From the NCBI RefSeq assembly GCF_009914755.1, contig NC_060925.1: a DNA stretch of 64,000 nt; one strand, 5' to 3'. Each line of letters begins with the position of its first letter. Within the stretch, counting starts at the first letter, position 1. Below are positions 27,734 through 44,299 of the stretch, one piece after another. Below the pieces are notes generated by a model. The model worked only from the letters and a program-made list of their open reading frames with translations. It was not told the DNA's origin and ran no database searches. Both the position numbers and the translations under genes were made by a program. Source of the DNA: the human T2T-CHM13v2.0 reference genome, Homo sapiens.

Positions 27734-29339
27734 TGATGTCAAAGCTTCTGATTTTCTCCCTCCTTCCCCAAGCTTCCTGGGTCAAATCCAAATATGCAGA
27801 TGTGCCTATGGGCACATACGGGCCTGAATACCTTCAATTTCCCACCAAGGAGACTTGTATCTGTGACTGCCTCCACCCCATTCCGGGAGGCTAGGCTGGC
27901 CTCCACAGTTGGAGGTTGCAGGCATCCCCTCTCCAGCTATATCAACTTATACTGCATGTTTTCTCCTGACCCCTGAGGACAGATCTTTGAGGCCCGAATC
28001 ATTTCTTAGGACTCCCTGTCAGGCAGGTCATTTGAGGAATTAGAAACTCTGAAGTCCCTGGGAACCATGCAAGCCCAGAGTGCTGGGAAAGCACTTGTAG
28101 AGCCATCAGAAGGGATTCCCCTCACATCTTCCAACTCCCAAGCACCCATATGTTCACATAAACATCAACCCAACCAGTTTGTTGCCTCTTATTCCAAGCT
28201 GCTAAAGGGCTGGAAGAGGAGGCTGAGGGTCAGCAGGCAGAGGCTAGTATCTGCTGGGAATTGCCAGAAAGATGATCCCCCTCCTGTGAGGTGAAGGTCA
28301 AAACCAAGTAAATCCCATTTCCACTCCACAAACCTGTAAGAGTTCAATTGTTTAAATCAAAGGCAGTACGAAATTTAGAAAGATTAAGATGATGGGAAAG
28401 AACGTGGTACCACAAGTTGAACTCAATCCTGGAAAATAATAAATGATAAAACAATAAATAAAAATACTTGATAGTGAAACCCATTGGGCTGGACAGTGGT
28501 TTCCTCCAAGTTAAGTACAAGAGACTCCCTTTTATCCATTTCCATACCTAGGGTTCTTGACAGAAAACTTTCTAGAATGTGGGTTTTCTGAGCTGAGAGG
28601 GACTTCAGAGATCAACAAGTCTTTGGGTTCCAAACCTGAAGACTGTGGGCTAGGATCTAGACAGGCTTCTTGTTATCAATGTCCTGAAAGGGCAACATGG
28701 CCTGTGAAATGTGCCTCTCTCTGGAAAAAGGGTGTGTGGCTTTCTACCACTTTCCAAAATGGCATAAGACCCAAAAGGGGTTAAAAAACACTGATTTGGT
28801 CCAGCTCTTGGATTTCACAGATAAGACCCAGAAAACTCAGTTGAGTGCTCCAGGTGACAGGGCAAATTATATGTCACCTTCTAAAGCTGGTTGGGGCCTG
28901 TGGGAGGAGGAGGAGGATACCACTCGAGCTAACAGGTCTTTTCCATTTCTAATTACAAGGATTCCATGAAGTTTCCAGCCGCCAGTCTGTCTGGCTTTCT
29001 GGGCCTGGGTGTGTCAGTCGCCACTCTGTTGCCGAGGTGCACAGATGGCCAGGGGACTGGGGTGGCTGGATATGGCCAGCAGCCAGCTGGCTAGCATCCA
29101 GGCATCAGCTCTCAGCCAAATTTCTTCCTGGGGGCTCAAAAAGGGGTTTCCAAAAAGTCCAGTCCACAGAATGAGGCACAGTTCAATCCTCTAGGGACTC
29201 ATCACTAAGGGTGGTTGCATAAGAAAAATTATGAAAAACCATCACCCTCCAGTACCATATGGGCTCTATTTCCAGGCCAGCGCAATTAAGAACAATTTCA
29301 CAAGGAAATAAAGGGACCTAGTAGAATAATTCAGAATAA

Positions 29340-30101
<762 letters not shown>

Positions 30102-30574
30102 CTAAAGGGAGAAGAAAAGAGGTCATTTTAACAAAAATACTCATGGCTGCATATGGCAATAACTGCAACAAAATATGGAAACTACCCACCAAAGGTAGGA
30201 GTAAGATGATGTAAATGATGTAGTAGCTCAAAGTTCACACTCAGGAATCAGACCACACAGTTGATTACTGTATGAAATGACGTTAAAACAATAAAAGATA
30301 AAACTAGTACAATCAGATTGCAATTATGTAAAACAAAATTAGGCAATTGATCAAAGACCAAATTGGATTTACAACGATTGTAAATACCTAGAATGAGTTA
30401 AATCATTCATTTAGTCGTGGTTATCATTATTTAGTCATGGTTATCATTAGCTTCTTTCTCTGTAATGTTTAAGTTTTTGTTAAAAACCAAAAAGAACAAA
30501 AAATAAATCAAACCTGCCTCAAACCGTTGGTAGAATAACAGCTCAAGGGACCTAACTGAGACCCACCCAAATGT

Positions 30575-31030
30575 ATGCTCTTTGGAGCTACTCCCAGAGT
30601 CAATACTAATTGTTATAAGCCACTCCCATGCCAGAGGCTGACTTAGGCACGAGTAACTCGAGACATTCTGGTCAATGAGACACAGGGGATATCTGCTGGG
30701 AGCCTTCTGAAAAAGATGTCTCGGCCTTAGACACCATGAAGAGCCATCCCCTTTTTCCTCCAAGGGATATTATCATTTCCACACAGGACACGAGGCCCTG
30801 TAGCACCCATCTGGCAACCACGAGGAAAGATGAGTCAACACGTTGTGAGACAGGGCAGAGAGATGCAGAGGACACAGGTCTTTCAGTAACTCTGCTATGC
30901 TGATGAATTAGCCAATGCTAGAACTGCCTGTGCTGGGACTTACTGATCAAGGTGAAAGAATGTGTTTTCTTTATTGTTCAACTCTACTGGGTTGCAGTTT
31001 TCTGATACTTGCAGCTGACAGCATCTTAAC
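30575..31030 (+). mobile_element. MLT1-type MaLR LTR fragment
   Basis: ttctggtcaatgagacaca...ttttctgatacttgcagctgacagcatcttaac MLT1 3' end. Confidence 0.6.
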
Positions 31031-31354
31031 TCGTGAGGCAGCAAGCCTGAGCAGCTTTCTGATGCAGGCCTGGCAGGCCATGCTGCCCTAGGCCAGTATT
31101 CTGCCAGGCCCCTCACTGTATTCCATTCTGGGGGAGAGCCTAAGGGAGACGGAAGAAGACACTGGTGAACACGAGTTACACCAGGCCTCAGAACAACTCC
31201 AGATGGTACAGCAAGCAGGTGGCAGCAGTGGGCAGCAGAGCCCCAGACGTCTGGCCCCTCAATAGGGGACCTCCAGAGGCCTCTGGGCCACCAGCTGTCT
31301 CCTTTCTGGATTCACCCATTTCACAAAGGCTGTGACAAAACTGCCTTCTGGGTT

Positions 31355-31462
31355 AGAGCTGCCAGAAAAAGTACAGGATGCCCAGTTACGTTTGGATTTT
31401 AGATAAACAACAAGTGACTTTTTAGCATGAGTATGTCTCATGCCTTTATTCTGGCTGCACCC
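31355..31462. mobile_element. MER53-like hAT MITE fragment
   Basis: tgccagaaaaagtacaggatgcccagtta..tttggattttagataaacaac. Confidence 0.6.
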
Positions 31463-32516
31463 CCTCCCTGGCGAGGCACCAGGCTAGCAACATCCAGAAA
31501 CAGAGATGGCCTCCCCTGCCCTGGGCTGCCTGTCTGGGCTGCCGTGGGTGTGTCTGGCCCAGTGGTAGGAGGATGTCCAGTGTCTGGCCTCTCCAGGTCT
31601 CCGATGGGTCTAGGAATGTCTGATGTGCATTTTATAGTAACAGACAAGAAGTGGCTAACACTTAAAATGTATGGGTGGGGTGGGTGTCACTGCGGTCCTG
31701 GGACACTTGGAAACTATGCAGCAGGCTGTGGAGGGGACTAGGGTAGAGGCAGGCACAGTGGCTCCTGACATCCAACTTCCCCCCAACAAGAACTTCCTAG
31801 GTAAAGCAGAAGACGTGATACTTCCCTGACCTTCCTTTGTCTAAATATGAAACTTCCATGACTGGGGACCAACGGTGAGAAGCGGCAGTGGGCAGGGCCT
31901 AGCCCTCACCTGTCCCTGTCTACAGGCCCACCTGACCTGCAATTAGGTTTCCTCACTGTCATTCTCTCTTGGGCCATGTCTTACGGCATGATACTCCTGC
32001 CCAAGGACAGTGCTTAACTTGTTTGGTGCAGCACTATCTCCCTGCTTGAAGAGAGTCCCTTAGTAAAGCTTGCTGATGAGAGCAGAGCCTCATTTCTTGC
32101 AACCTTGCTTTATGGTTCCCTGTCTAGTATCCTGACAGCATCCTGCCTGGGGCCAGCACTAGCTCATAACTACCTGGGAAGAAATCACTCCCTAATGGGA
32201 AGATTCACAACCCACCCACCACAAAATTCAGCCACATCCCAGTGACAGATAAATCTGTCTTCCCTGCCCCTGTCTCCTCTCCCCTGACTCACGGCCTCCT
32301 TCAGAAGGTGCCGTGCTAACAGGTAGCATTGGAAAAGAAGTCTGGGGTGGGGCAGCTGGTGATTGGCTGGTGATAATGTCCCTCAGAAGAACAGAAAGGG
32401 GGAAACAAATGGAAGCACCTGTGTTCATGGTGAGCCCTTTTAACTAGTTATTTCTTTTTAGAAACGGGAGACAGAAAATAAACAGAAACTGCAGATAGCA
32501 ATGAAGTAAGCAAGTA

Positions 32517-33228
32517 GGGGCCAGCTACGTAAGTTTCAGGGCCCAGTGCAAAGTAAAAATGCAGCGCCCTTGTTCAAAAAGCAGGAAAAAAGTGCCATAA
32601 AACGTACTAAAATAAACCGTTTCCTTCCTTTCTTCTGCAGGGTTTCTCTCAACTTGATACAGTGTTTCTTATTTGCTGTTTAATGAGTGCAGAGTCTCAC
32701 AAGATGCTGGGATCCCGCCCCTTGACTCTGGCCACTCTTAAGCGTCTACTGCCGTCCTCTACCAGGTGCTGGGCCAGGAGCAGAGAGGTCCCCTCTTCCC
32801 ACACACCTGCCTGGGCAGACCCAAAGCGATTACACACTCATGCTGGGACACGCTTGGTATTTGGATCTGGAGTGAGCTGGATTCTCATGCAGTTGTCCAC
32901 TTTTTGGCCCTGCCAGCCTGGGGTAGGGATGGCCACCACACCCTGCCTTGGGACACCAGTGACGCCAACTCTATCCCTCCCTGAACCTTCACCCAGGCCC
33001 CTGATGGGATCAGAAGAGTCAGTAGTTGCCAGGGGTGGGGAGAAGGAAGTCAGGTGGGACTGGAGCCCAGAGAATTCATGCTTCATTGTCCCACTGGACT
33101 TCACTTACAAACACCAACTCAAAGAATTATTAAGAATTTCAAGGCAGCAATGGGCCAGGCATTCAACCCCAAAAGCAGGGCCCTTCTGAGCATGCGGCCT
33201 GTGCAACTGCATTCATGAAGCTGGCCCC
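32517..33228. mobile_element. MER45-family hAT-Tip100 DNA transposon
   Basis: Perfect 10-bp TIR GGGGCCAGCT (32517) / AGCTGGCCCC (33219-33228); gggcccagtgcaaagtaaaaatgc...ttgttcaaaa subterminal motif. Confidence 0.75.
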
Positions 33229-33588
33229 ACAGGTAATAGTGCTTATTAAGAGACATCTTATTAAGACATTCTTATTAAGAAAGAATGAAAACAAAGCCAA
33301 ACAAAATGCACAAGATTCTCCAATTAACTGAGGGTGCTCAGTCAATTGGGTGCTCATAAATAGGACAAAAAAAATGAAAATTCTTCACTTAAAAAAATTT
33401 GGCCAACACCATGTCCAAGCTGACAGGACATTTCTCAGCCTAACATCCTCTACCTCCTTCCTACTCCACCTCCCCAAAATCCTTTGACTCCAGTTCGATA
33501 TCCTCTTGAGATGTTGCCAAGGTAAATAATTCCTTGCAGTGGTTCCTAACCAGATGCAGTACCTGCCTCCAGCCCTAGAGGGTGTTTT

Positions 33589-33592
<4 letters not shown>

Positions 33593-33633
<41 letters not shown>

Positions 33634-33656
33634 TGTGTGTGTGTGTGTGTGTGTGT
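33593..33656. repeat. (GA)19(GT)13 compound microsatellite
   Basis: Direct read. Confidence 0.95.
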
Positions 33657-35139
33657 TGTGTATGTTGCACAATGGCAAATAGTGCTCCAAGGCCCAGATG
33701 CCCAGATGCTCAGTGACCTTCAGTGTGCTGGACAGTCCCAAACAATGGGGATCGTCCGACCGAAAATGACAATCATGGGTTGTTTGAAAAAACTACCCAG
33801 GGAAATTGCAAGGAACCAACGCTTAAATGGAAACCTCCCAACCTGGACCTCCCATCATTTGTCCTGGCGATGACGAGTGCTGAACAGAAGTTCCTCAGGA
33901 GTGTTGCCCATCCCCATCCCCTCTGGAGTTTGAGCTGAACCCACTAGGGTGTCTGCTCATACTTAGCATCCCTCACCACCGTGTCCATCCCTGACCCAGA
34001 GACTCCATGTTAAAAGGCAAAAGGGGGAAGATGAGGGGCTTCCCTGTAGGCTGGTACCATGTTGGTCCCCAGCTCAGCTAGTGGGAAGCTCACTAGGGTG
34101 AGGTTGGGCATTTGCCTGGACATTTTTATTCTCCTCCCTGTTCTGCAAAAGGCCTCCCTGCGGGGAAGGTTTTCTCTCTCAGAAGGCGTCCCTCACCCTG
34201 GCCTCAGAGCTCCGGGAGAAGGGCTTCAGGAAATGTTCTCCCCGGTGGTGTACAGTAAGCCGCGAGGGTGGAAACTTAGCAAGAGTGAGATAATAGTCTT
34301 AGTTTTATATATAGCACCTGTGTCTTCCGGAGACCTCAGAGCATGGGGTAAGGGCAGGGTTTAAACCACCTTCCCACCGCACGAGAGATGGGCAGGGCTC
34401 ACTGCGAGGCAACCCCTCTCTCTGAGTCCTGCTGCTGCCCCCTGTCCTGGCAGCCCAGACCCCCTTCCTGGGAACTGGCAGGCCCTCGTGAGGTCCATAG
34501 CCATCTGGCTCCCCAGCCTTCGTGGTCACTGCAGGCACAGTCCTGATCCTAGGATACGTGAAGGGTAAGTGGGTGTTCATAGCTACTCCACCTGAATGGA
34601 CAACTGACAAGGTGAAGAAAGCCGAGGCTGTGTGCGCCACTGACAAAGGGCCTTCTTTACTCAAATTCCCAGAGCCTGGGCACTTGCAAACACTTCCTAC
34701 ATAGCTGTATGCAACATGCCCATTTTACAGCCGGGAAACAAAGACGTTGAAGGGAAGGTGGTCACCGTGAAGGGAGCGCTCGGCTGGAAGGAAGTGGGCT
34801 GGCATTGCCCTAGCCCTGCACTCCCTGGACGGCCTGTGACCTTGTTCAGGCCCGTCTGTCTGTTCTGGCCCTGAGCATTAAGGCTCCTCTTAAATTATCT
34901 GGTCCTGTGTTTCCTGCTTAAGCACCCAGAAGGGCAATATTGCTCTCCGAAGGAGAAAAGAACAATACAGATTGCAGGTGTGAAAATATTAGCGTCCCGG
35001 TGCATCACGGAGCACCCTGAGTGTCTGCTTGGGGAGGGAGGAAACACACAACCCAGATTAAGCAGCTATCAGCAAACCACAGGATGGTCAGTAACGCTCA
35101 CGCAGCTGCACACAACTTCCATCGCACCCCTCCAGTGGG

Positions 35140-35325
35140 TGTACGCATGTGCCCACCCACACTTATCTACACACCCACATATCTACACCCATACATGCAT
35201 GCATGCACGTAAACACACACTGCACACTTACCCATATACACACATGCATGCACACACACATACACACGTGCATATGCGCAAATAAATATACACACATATA
35301 CACACACATACATACACACTCATGC
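35140..35325. repeat. Degenerate (CA/TA)-rich simple repeat
   Basis: cacacata/cacatgcatg units. Confidence 0.85.
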
Positions 35326-36277
35326 TCCGCTAAGACACCAGAGGTGAGGAGACTCCGGACCCAGCTGGCTATTCGACCTCTTCGCATTTCTAGAATGCCC
35401 CCGCCCCCGGTTCCCAGACGGCTACTAATTCTGCCTTCCTTTGAGTTGCTGCCTGTGTCCCCTTCCTCCCACTCCCACATTTACCCTGGCTTCCTACACA
35501 CCATGGGGCGAAACAGTTCAGAAATAGAGTGGAAACCAGGTTTGGAGAGAACACTTTATTAGGGAGGGAAGTGGCAAACAATTGCTATTTTTATTTTTGT
35601 TTCTCTAAGGCCTCTGTGCCCCCTCTGTCAAGGGGCGACAAGGACGGCGTCCTCCCCACAGGTTTCCGGTGTCATCCCGTTTTAGATCCACTACGGCCAG
35701 GCACCCTATCTCCTCACCCCAGGGCCAGGGCCAGAGTCGTGGTCTGGAGGAATTTCTAACAAGGAGAATGCTCCTTGGTGTATAAGGAATTTGTTCGGGG
35801 TTTACTAAAATCATCCAGAATGTTCTCAGTCGCTACTGTTGGCATCTCTTCGCTCTCAGACTCAGCCCCATAAATTCAGAGTTCACGAAGGACACCCTCC
35901 TGCTGCTTGACACTTGGCTCAGGCTTTAAAACTGTTCTTTTTACTACAGTGACAGCCAAAGAAAGCATCCTGGGTGTTCAGATAACAATCAGTGTCCTGA
36001 ACAACTACCCCTCCACATAAAACAATCTACCACATCCAGGCTATATTGACTTCAATCAGTTCTATCACTCCCACCCCAACATCCTGACTCTAAAAACTGA
36101 GGGCTTGTGACCTGGTCCCACAAGGACTTTCCTTGACTTACTCAGATAATTGATATTTTTTAAAATCTTGACCGTCTATGGCAAAGGGCCCTTCTTGAAA
36201 GCCAAGCTAGGAGGCTCTCAGAGAGCAGACAATGAGTTGTGTGTGCTTGAACATTTCAGGTATGAGCCTCTGACATC

Positions 36278-36620
36278 TATGGTACACCTGAGTGCTGTCC
36301 CCAAATATTTCTAGTTCTCCTGGGCACATGGTAGGACTCTACTCTCTTGGCCCCTTAAAATTAGGTGAGGACAGCAGACTTACCTGGCCAATTAAATGTG
36401 AGCAGAAGTGGTAAGTGTTGCTTGTCTGGAATGTAGCTTTACAAGTCAGTATGTGATTCACCATGTTCTCATTCCCTCTGTACAGTAACCAGCACCATGA
36501 GACCACAGCTGACCCAGATCAGGTATGTGGCATGAGCAGAAAATAAACCTTTCTTGTTTTCTGCTGCCAATTCTGGGGCTGTTTGTTACTGCAACATAAC
36601 CTAGCTCATCCTGACTAACA
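36278..36620 (+). mobile_element. MLT1-type MaLR LTR
   Basis: tggccaattaaatgtgagcagaagtg...aataaacc...gtttgttactgcaacataacctagc..atcctgactaacaca. Confidence 0.75.
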
Positions 36621-37041
36621 CAACACCTTTGATTTGAAGTAAGAATGACATGAAGAGCTGCTGTAACCCTGGCTTGCTGTTTGAACAGAGGAAACAAGAG
36701 AACAGCACTGAAGAGTAAATTAAAGGGTCTATAGAAAACTACCTGTCATCCTCAAGGTTGCCCTGCTTCCTCCTGCTGCCATGCTTTTGTGCACACACAT
36801 CCCTTTACTCCAGATAGTCTTCCTTTTTCTCTGACTACGTGAATCCCTTCAAAATTCAACTCCAATGGCACCATATCTGAGAATATTTCTCTTCTCCACC
36901 ACCCTAGGTAGTGTTGGCATCTGTCCTCTGCTGTCAGCAGGAATTGGGACTTCACACTGTAAACATGCTTATTCTCTCCCATAGCATTCACTCATCTGGG
37001 AAGACAGTACAGAGTGGTGGGCACAAGAGCAGGCTCTAGAG

Positions 37042-37226
37042 CAGTGCTTTTCAATCAGGGGCGATTCTCCCCATGGGGGACATTTGGCAATGTCTGGAGA
37101 CATCTGGTTGTCACAAATGGGGGGAGGTGCTACTGACCAGAGATACTGCTAAACATCCTACAGTACACAGAGCAGCCCCACACAACTGAAAAGTATCTGT
37201 CCCTAAATGCCAACGATGAGAAACTC
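37042..37226. mobile_element. MER20 DNA transposon (opposite orientation to 16814)
   Basis: ggggcgattct...ggggacatttggcaatgtctggagaca...ggttgtcacaa. Confidence 0.8.
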
Positions 37227-37991
37227 TAAGAATATCTTGGTTCATAGCCTGACTCTTCTATTACTATGATTTTAGACATGTCACTTAACTTCTCCTTCAA
37301 TGACTACCACATAATAAAAGCATAATAGGTATTAGGTATTACAATCTGCCTCCTCTACTAAACTTCGAATCCCTAGAAGGTAGGAACTAAGCTATGCTTG
37401 TACATGTATCCCTACTGCCAGTACACCATGAACGTTTGTGAACTCCATGGGTAAAGCGTTAGTTCACTCTTTTCTGAAAGCTAGTTAGTCGCAGGTAGTA
37501 GATAAAACCCTCTACCTTGCACCAAAAAGACAAGGCCTGTGCGTGCATTCTCTTTAGCAAAACCTCTGCTGGTTTTAATAGAAAGTATTTATTCTAGTTC
37601 ATTGCGAAGCACAAATGCAAGTATAGTAACTCTGACCCAGAAGATTTAAGAAACCAGAAGATCAACACACACAACCATCCTGGAAGAATGTAAGTTCACG
37701 GAAATTAAATTTTATAACAATGATGCCATCTGGAGAAGTAACTTGAATCAAAATGAACTAACTACTCACCAATGGCCATAATATATTTTATGTATTCAAA
37801 TAAACCAAACACAAATATCAGATTGAGTCAGGAATGTAACAAGAGGTTTTTGTATAGCAATATTTTGTTTTATTTTTCCCATTCAACGTCAATTTTCTAG
37901 GTATTACAAGTTTTCTTTCTTTATTAAACCAAGTCATTTGAAACCTTCAAAACGTGCAAGATTTCCTGATTCACACTGTAATACTCTATTG

Positions 37992-38298
37992 CTTTTATTT
38001 TTATGTATTTATTTTTGAGATGAAGTCTCGCTCTGTCGCCCAGACTGGAGTGCAGTGACAAGATCTCGGCTCACTGAAACCTCCGCCTCCCAGGTTCAAG
38101 TGATTCTCTTGCCTTAGCCTCCTGAGTAGCTAGGACTACAGGTGCCCGTCATAATGCCCGGCTAATTTTTGTATTTTTAGTAGAGATGAGGTTTTGCCAA
38201 GTTGGCCAGGCTGGTCTCAAACTCCTGACCTCAGGCAATCTGCCCACCTCGGCCTCCCAAAGTGCTGGCACTACAGGCGTGAGCCACCGCACCTGGCC
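37992..38298 (-). mobile_element. AluS
   Basis: Reverse Alu; TSD ctctattgctttt. Confidence 0.95.
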
Positions 38299-38579
38299 CT
38301 CTATTGCTTTTACATGCCATTTTCTGAGCTTATAACATGTTCATACACTTCTAACCAGACGACTTAAAGTAGTGTGGTTGATGTGGAAAATACTAAGAAA
38401 TCCCAAGTTGTGGCATGCAGTAAAAATGCGTAAGAATAGTTTTGTATATCTCATATAAACCCAAATCATCTTCTGTCAAAAATTGCTCTACCCAGAGAAT
38501 TTCTGTTCTTCCCATACTCTAAAAAGAGATTCTGTGGCTCTAAAATCTTTTTCTTTATTTTTTTCTAAAAATCTTCTCT

Positions 38580-38790
38580 TTTTATTTTCTTTTTAAAATG
38601 TTTTTATTTTATTTGAAGTTCTAGGATAAATATGCAGGATGTGCAGTTTTGTTACATAGGTAAACAAGTGCCATGGTGGTTTGCTGCACCTATAACCCAT
38701 CACCTAGGTATTAAGTCCCACATGCATTAGCTATTTATCCTGATGCTTTCCCTACCTCCACCCGCAAAAGGCCTCAGTGTGTGTTGTACT
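38580..38790 (-). mobile_element. L1PA-type extreme 3' end fragment
   Basis: gtgcagttttgttacataggtaaac..gtgccatggtggtttgctgcacc...acatgcattagctattt. Confidence 0.85.
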
Positions 38791-40200
38791 CAAAGTTTTT
38801 TTTAAAAAATCTGTTGAACAACTGCAACCAGCATCAAACCTAGGTTTTCAAAACGTACCAAAACGGAAAAATATTCTGAACCAAACCATCATTTGATTCA
38901 GTTCCAACTTTGGTCTTGAGCCCAATCAAATAACCACTGAAACATGCTGGACAATTCTAGTGGGCCACGGGGACTGGGTGGAAAGCCTGTGGTCATCTGT
39001 CTCCATGAGATGATTTCCATTCCCCAGGCTCAGGGAATACATGGGAAAATCCTCTGCCCATTTTCCAAAAATCCTTTAAGCCCATATAGAAAACAATACT
39101 TTCTTTGTGATAGATTGTTTATACAAATTCACCAAAGGAGATTTTGCAAATATTATATAGACTTCATCATACCGAGGGAGAAATAACCATGCCTTTTAGT
39201 TTCTTCTGATTCACTGAAATGAGGACTAAGATGCTTTATTTCACACACTACCGGGTTCATGTATATCACCGGGCAGAAAAACAAACATAAATACCTTCTT
39301 AAGCAGATGACATCTTCCCCTGTTTCTCGATGGAGACCAAATCCTCCCGCAGGTACTCAAACTAGTAGCAATCCCATTAACTCTCAAGACTACTTTCTGC
39401 TGCCCCCTCCTGAGACAGGAGTTAAAAGATGGCAAGGACATGGGCAAGTGGCCTAGGGTGCAAGGTGAAATCTAGTGCTAGCTTTAAAGAGAAAATTCCT
39501 TCCATCTCTGTGGTTATGAGTAGTTCTAAATTACATACCCCATGTTTCTTTTTTGGCTTAATTACAATAAAAAGGGGAAGCATCTCTGGGACCTTCAGCA
39601 TGACTATGTTGCAAAACTAAACCCAAAGCACAGGCCCAGGCTGCAGAGAGACAAAGGGAAGCACCAGTGGCGGAAAGGAAGCCTCACCCAGAGTGGGGCC
39701 TGGTCCTCAGCCACCATCTCGGAGGCGCCCAGAGGGAGGTGGCAAGGAGACACTCTGCATCTGCTTCTTTGTTTTTCTTTTTATTTCCAGGCCCCAACAA
39801 TCAATAAACAACTTTCCTTAAATAATACAGCACCTGTGAGTCAGCCTGGGTAAGCTCCTGTGGAGACGGAGCTGGGAGGTGATGGCATGTGGGCAGGGGC
39901 CGCCGTCCGGGCCTCCTACACACCACAGCTCCCACCGGGCTGCCCGCCAAGGGGCATGACTCTATCCTGGAGTCAGAGGACACTGGGAGCAGGAAGCGAC
40001 CTCAGAGATGACCAAACACCTTCACCTGAAGCCCTGAGAGGCAAAGCCCAAACAGGAGGCCAAGGCTTTTGACACCCTGCCCGTTTTTATAGCACCTCTG
40101 TGGAATTGTTCATTTTCTAAGCCAGATCATTCCACAGAAGGAGACGGTAAATAAGCCAGTGAAAAAATTAACATCGCCAGCCATTAGAGAAAAGCAAGTT

Positions 40201-40507
<307 letters not shown>

Positions 40508-40523
40508 TTAAAACTGCAATGAA

Positions 40524-40812
40524 GGCTGGCGTGGTGGCTCACTCCCATAATCTCAGCACTTTGGGAGGCCAGGAGACTTGAGACCAGCCTTGGCGACACA
40601 GCAAGACCCCATCTCTACAAAATAATTTTAAAATTAGCTGGGCATGGTGCTGCATACCTGTTGTCCTATAAATCGCTACTTGGGAGGCTAAGGCGGGAGG
40701 ATCCCTTGAATCTAGGAAGTCAGGGCTGCAGTGAGCCATGATTGCCCCCTGCACCCCAACCCGGGCAAGCTACAGAACAAGACCCTGTCTCAAAAAAAAC
40801 AAAACAAAACAA
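40524..40812 (+). mobile_element. AluJ with left-arm deletion
   Basis: ggaggatcccttga...gctgcagtgagccatgattg diagnostic of AluJ. Confidence 0.85.
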
Positions 40813-41181
40813 GACACAGAAAGAACCTACAATGAGATGGCCTTGCATACCTGCATACCTACCAGAGTGGCTAAAATAAAAGTAGCTACTTAGCTACTAA
40901 ATAAAACGCTGGCAAGGATGTGGAGAAGCTGCAGCACTCATACACTGCTGTGGGATGTAAAATGGTGAAGCCACTCTGGAGAGCAGTGTGGCAGTTTCGT
41001 AAAATATGAAATGAATGTGCAACTACTGTACGACCCAGCAACTGCACTCCTGAGCATTTATCACAAATAAATGAAGGCTTACATCACACAAAAATGTGTA
41101 CACGAATGTTCACAGCTGCTTTATTCAAAATAGCCAGACCTGGAAATGACACAGATGTCCCCTCCTAAAAAGTGAATCGGG

Positions 41182-41579
<398 letters not shown>

Positions 41580-42917
41580 TCACTTGCCGCCCCACATGGC
41601 CTTTACGATGGAGGCCACAGCCTCACTTGGTGACCGCAGCTGTGCTCCTTTCCAGGGAGGTGCCACACCCTTCACCTCTATCACCTATTGAGAATATCAC
41701 CTATTGAAAGCCTGGGCATTCTGTGTCCTGGCCCCTTTAGGCCCTCACCCATGTCTCCTAATTTAAATGAGGATTTAACTTAATTTACCTGGAGGCAGGT
41801 AACTCAACTCGATTGCATTCAATTCCTGCTTAGGTGCTGACATTATAAGCCCACAACAGCTTGTACCTGTTGGACTCATGCGCAGGCCGTGCAGCTCCAG
41901 GCTGCCTGGGTGCTTCACAGTATAGCAGTACCTAGCAAGCCCCACGCAGCACAGAGGCCCACGATGCTCTCTCTGGGTGGCCTGAGGCATCTGGACACGT
42001 GCAGATCCATGCTCTGTATCTGCTGAAACCCTCTTTCCCGTGGGCAGATCTGCCCTTCTCCCTGTGGGAGGCAGGCTGAGTCCCTGGGGACCCGGATTAC
42101 AGAGTGAGTGCCTTGGGGTGCTCCCCTTTTCTGCTATCAGGGGCTTATTGCCCTGCTATGTCTGCAGCAATGAGGAGCTTTAACCTTTTCCTGCCCTTTA
42201 GGGTTAAGAGTTCTCTTCCAGTTCATCAGCCTAAGGAGGCAGCTCCAGGAGCTCACTTTTGCTGCAGTTGCATCTATTACATCCCTTTTTTAAACAAAGG
42301 CCCATTCATTTATAAGGAAAAGAATCCACTCTTAGTTCCACCTCCTCAAGTAGAAAATTTTTAACTAGACTAAAACGGTACTCCAGGGGACCTATGTGAA
42401 CACACTCTCTTTCCCCCGGGGTCCAGTATTTCCACGGCAACAACCAATCCTAATTCCCTCAGCCACCTCCCAGGGCTGTGGTTCAGAGGCCCCATTGCTC
42501 CACCCATTCACCTCTGCATTCAGTTCAGTTAGTCCCCAGTCCCCCTAAAGCACAAGGCCCAGAACTAAATTCAAAGCCACCTTCCTCTGTTCTCCAGGCG
42601 ACAGCTGATGGGTGGCAGAGAGGACAGGGTAGGAACTTGGGAGATTCAGATGAGTTAAAATCCCAGTCCTGCCATTGATCAGCTGTGGGCTTGGGACTAA
42701 CAATTTATATGTCTCATCCTCATCTCTAAAAGGAGGAAAATAATGAATGCCCTGCAAAAATTACATAAAGTATTTGACGGAACATGCCTGGCACATAATA
42801 GGCACTTCTGAAATCATTGCTGCTATTATTTTTATTATTATTGTGCATCCTAAGACTGTTTAGTATTTTTTACAGCCGTACCACCTGTTAATTCATATTG
42901 AACTGGTAGTAAAATTA

Positions 42918-43245
<328 letters not shown>

Positions 43246-43249
43246 TATT

Positions 43250-43595
<346 letters not shown>

Positions 43596-43684
43596 CTATC
43601 CTTTGGGCAACTGACTTTTAAATACCTTTATGGGGAACTTATGTTCCCTTTTATGACATCTGGTCATGGGGTCATACTGAACTA

Positions 43685-44299
<615 letters not shown>

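Noticed and set aside
35149-35562. His/Thr-rich ORFs
   Set aside because: Translation of a (CA)-rich simple repeat.
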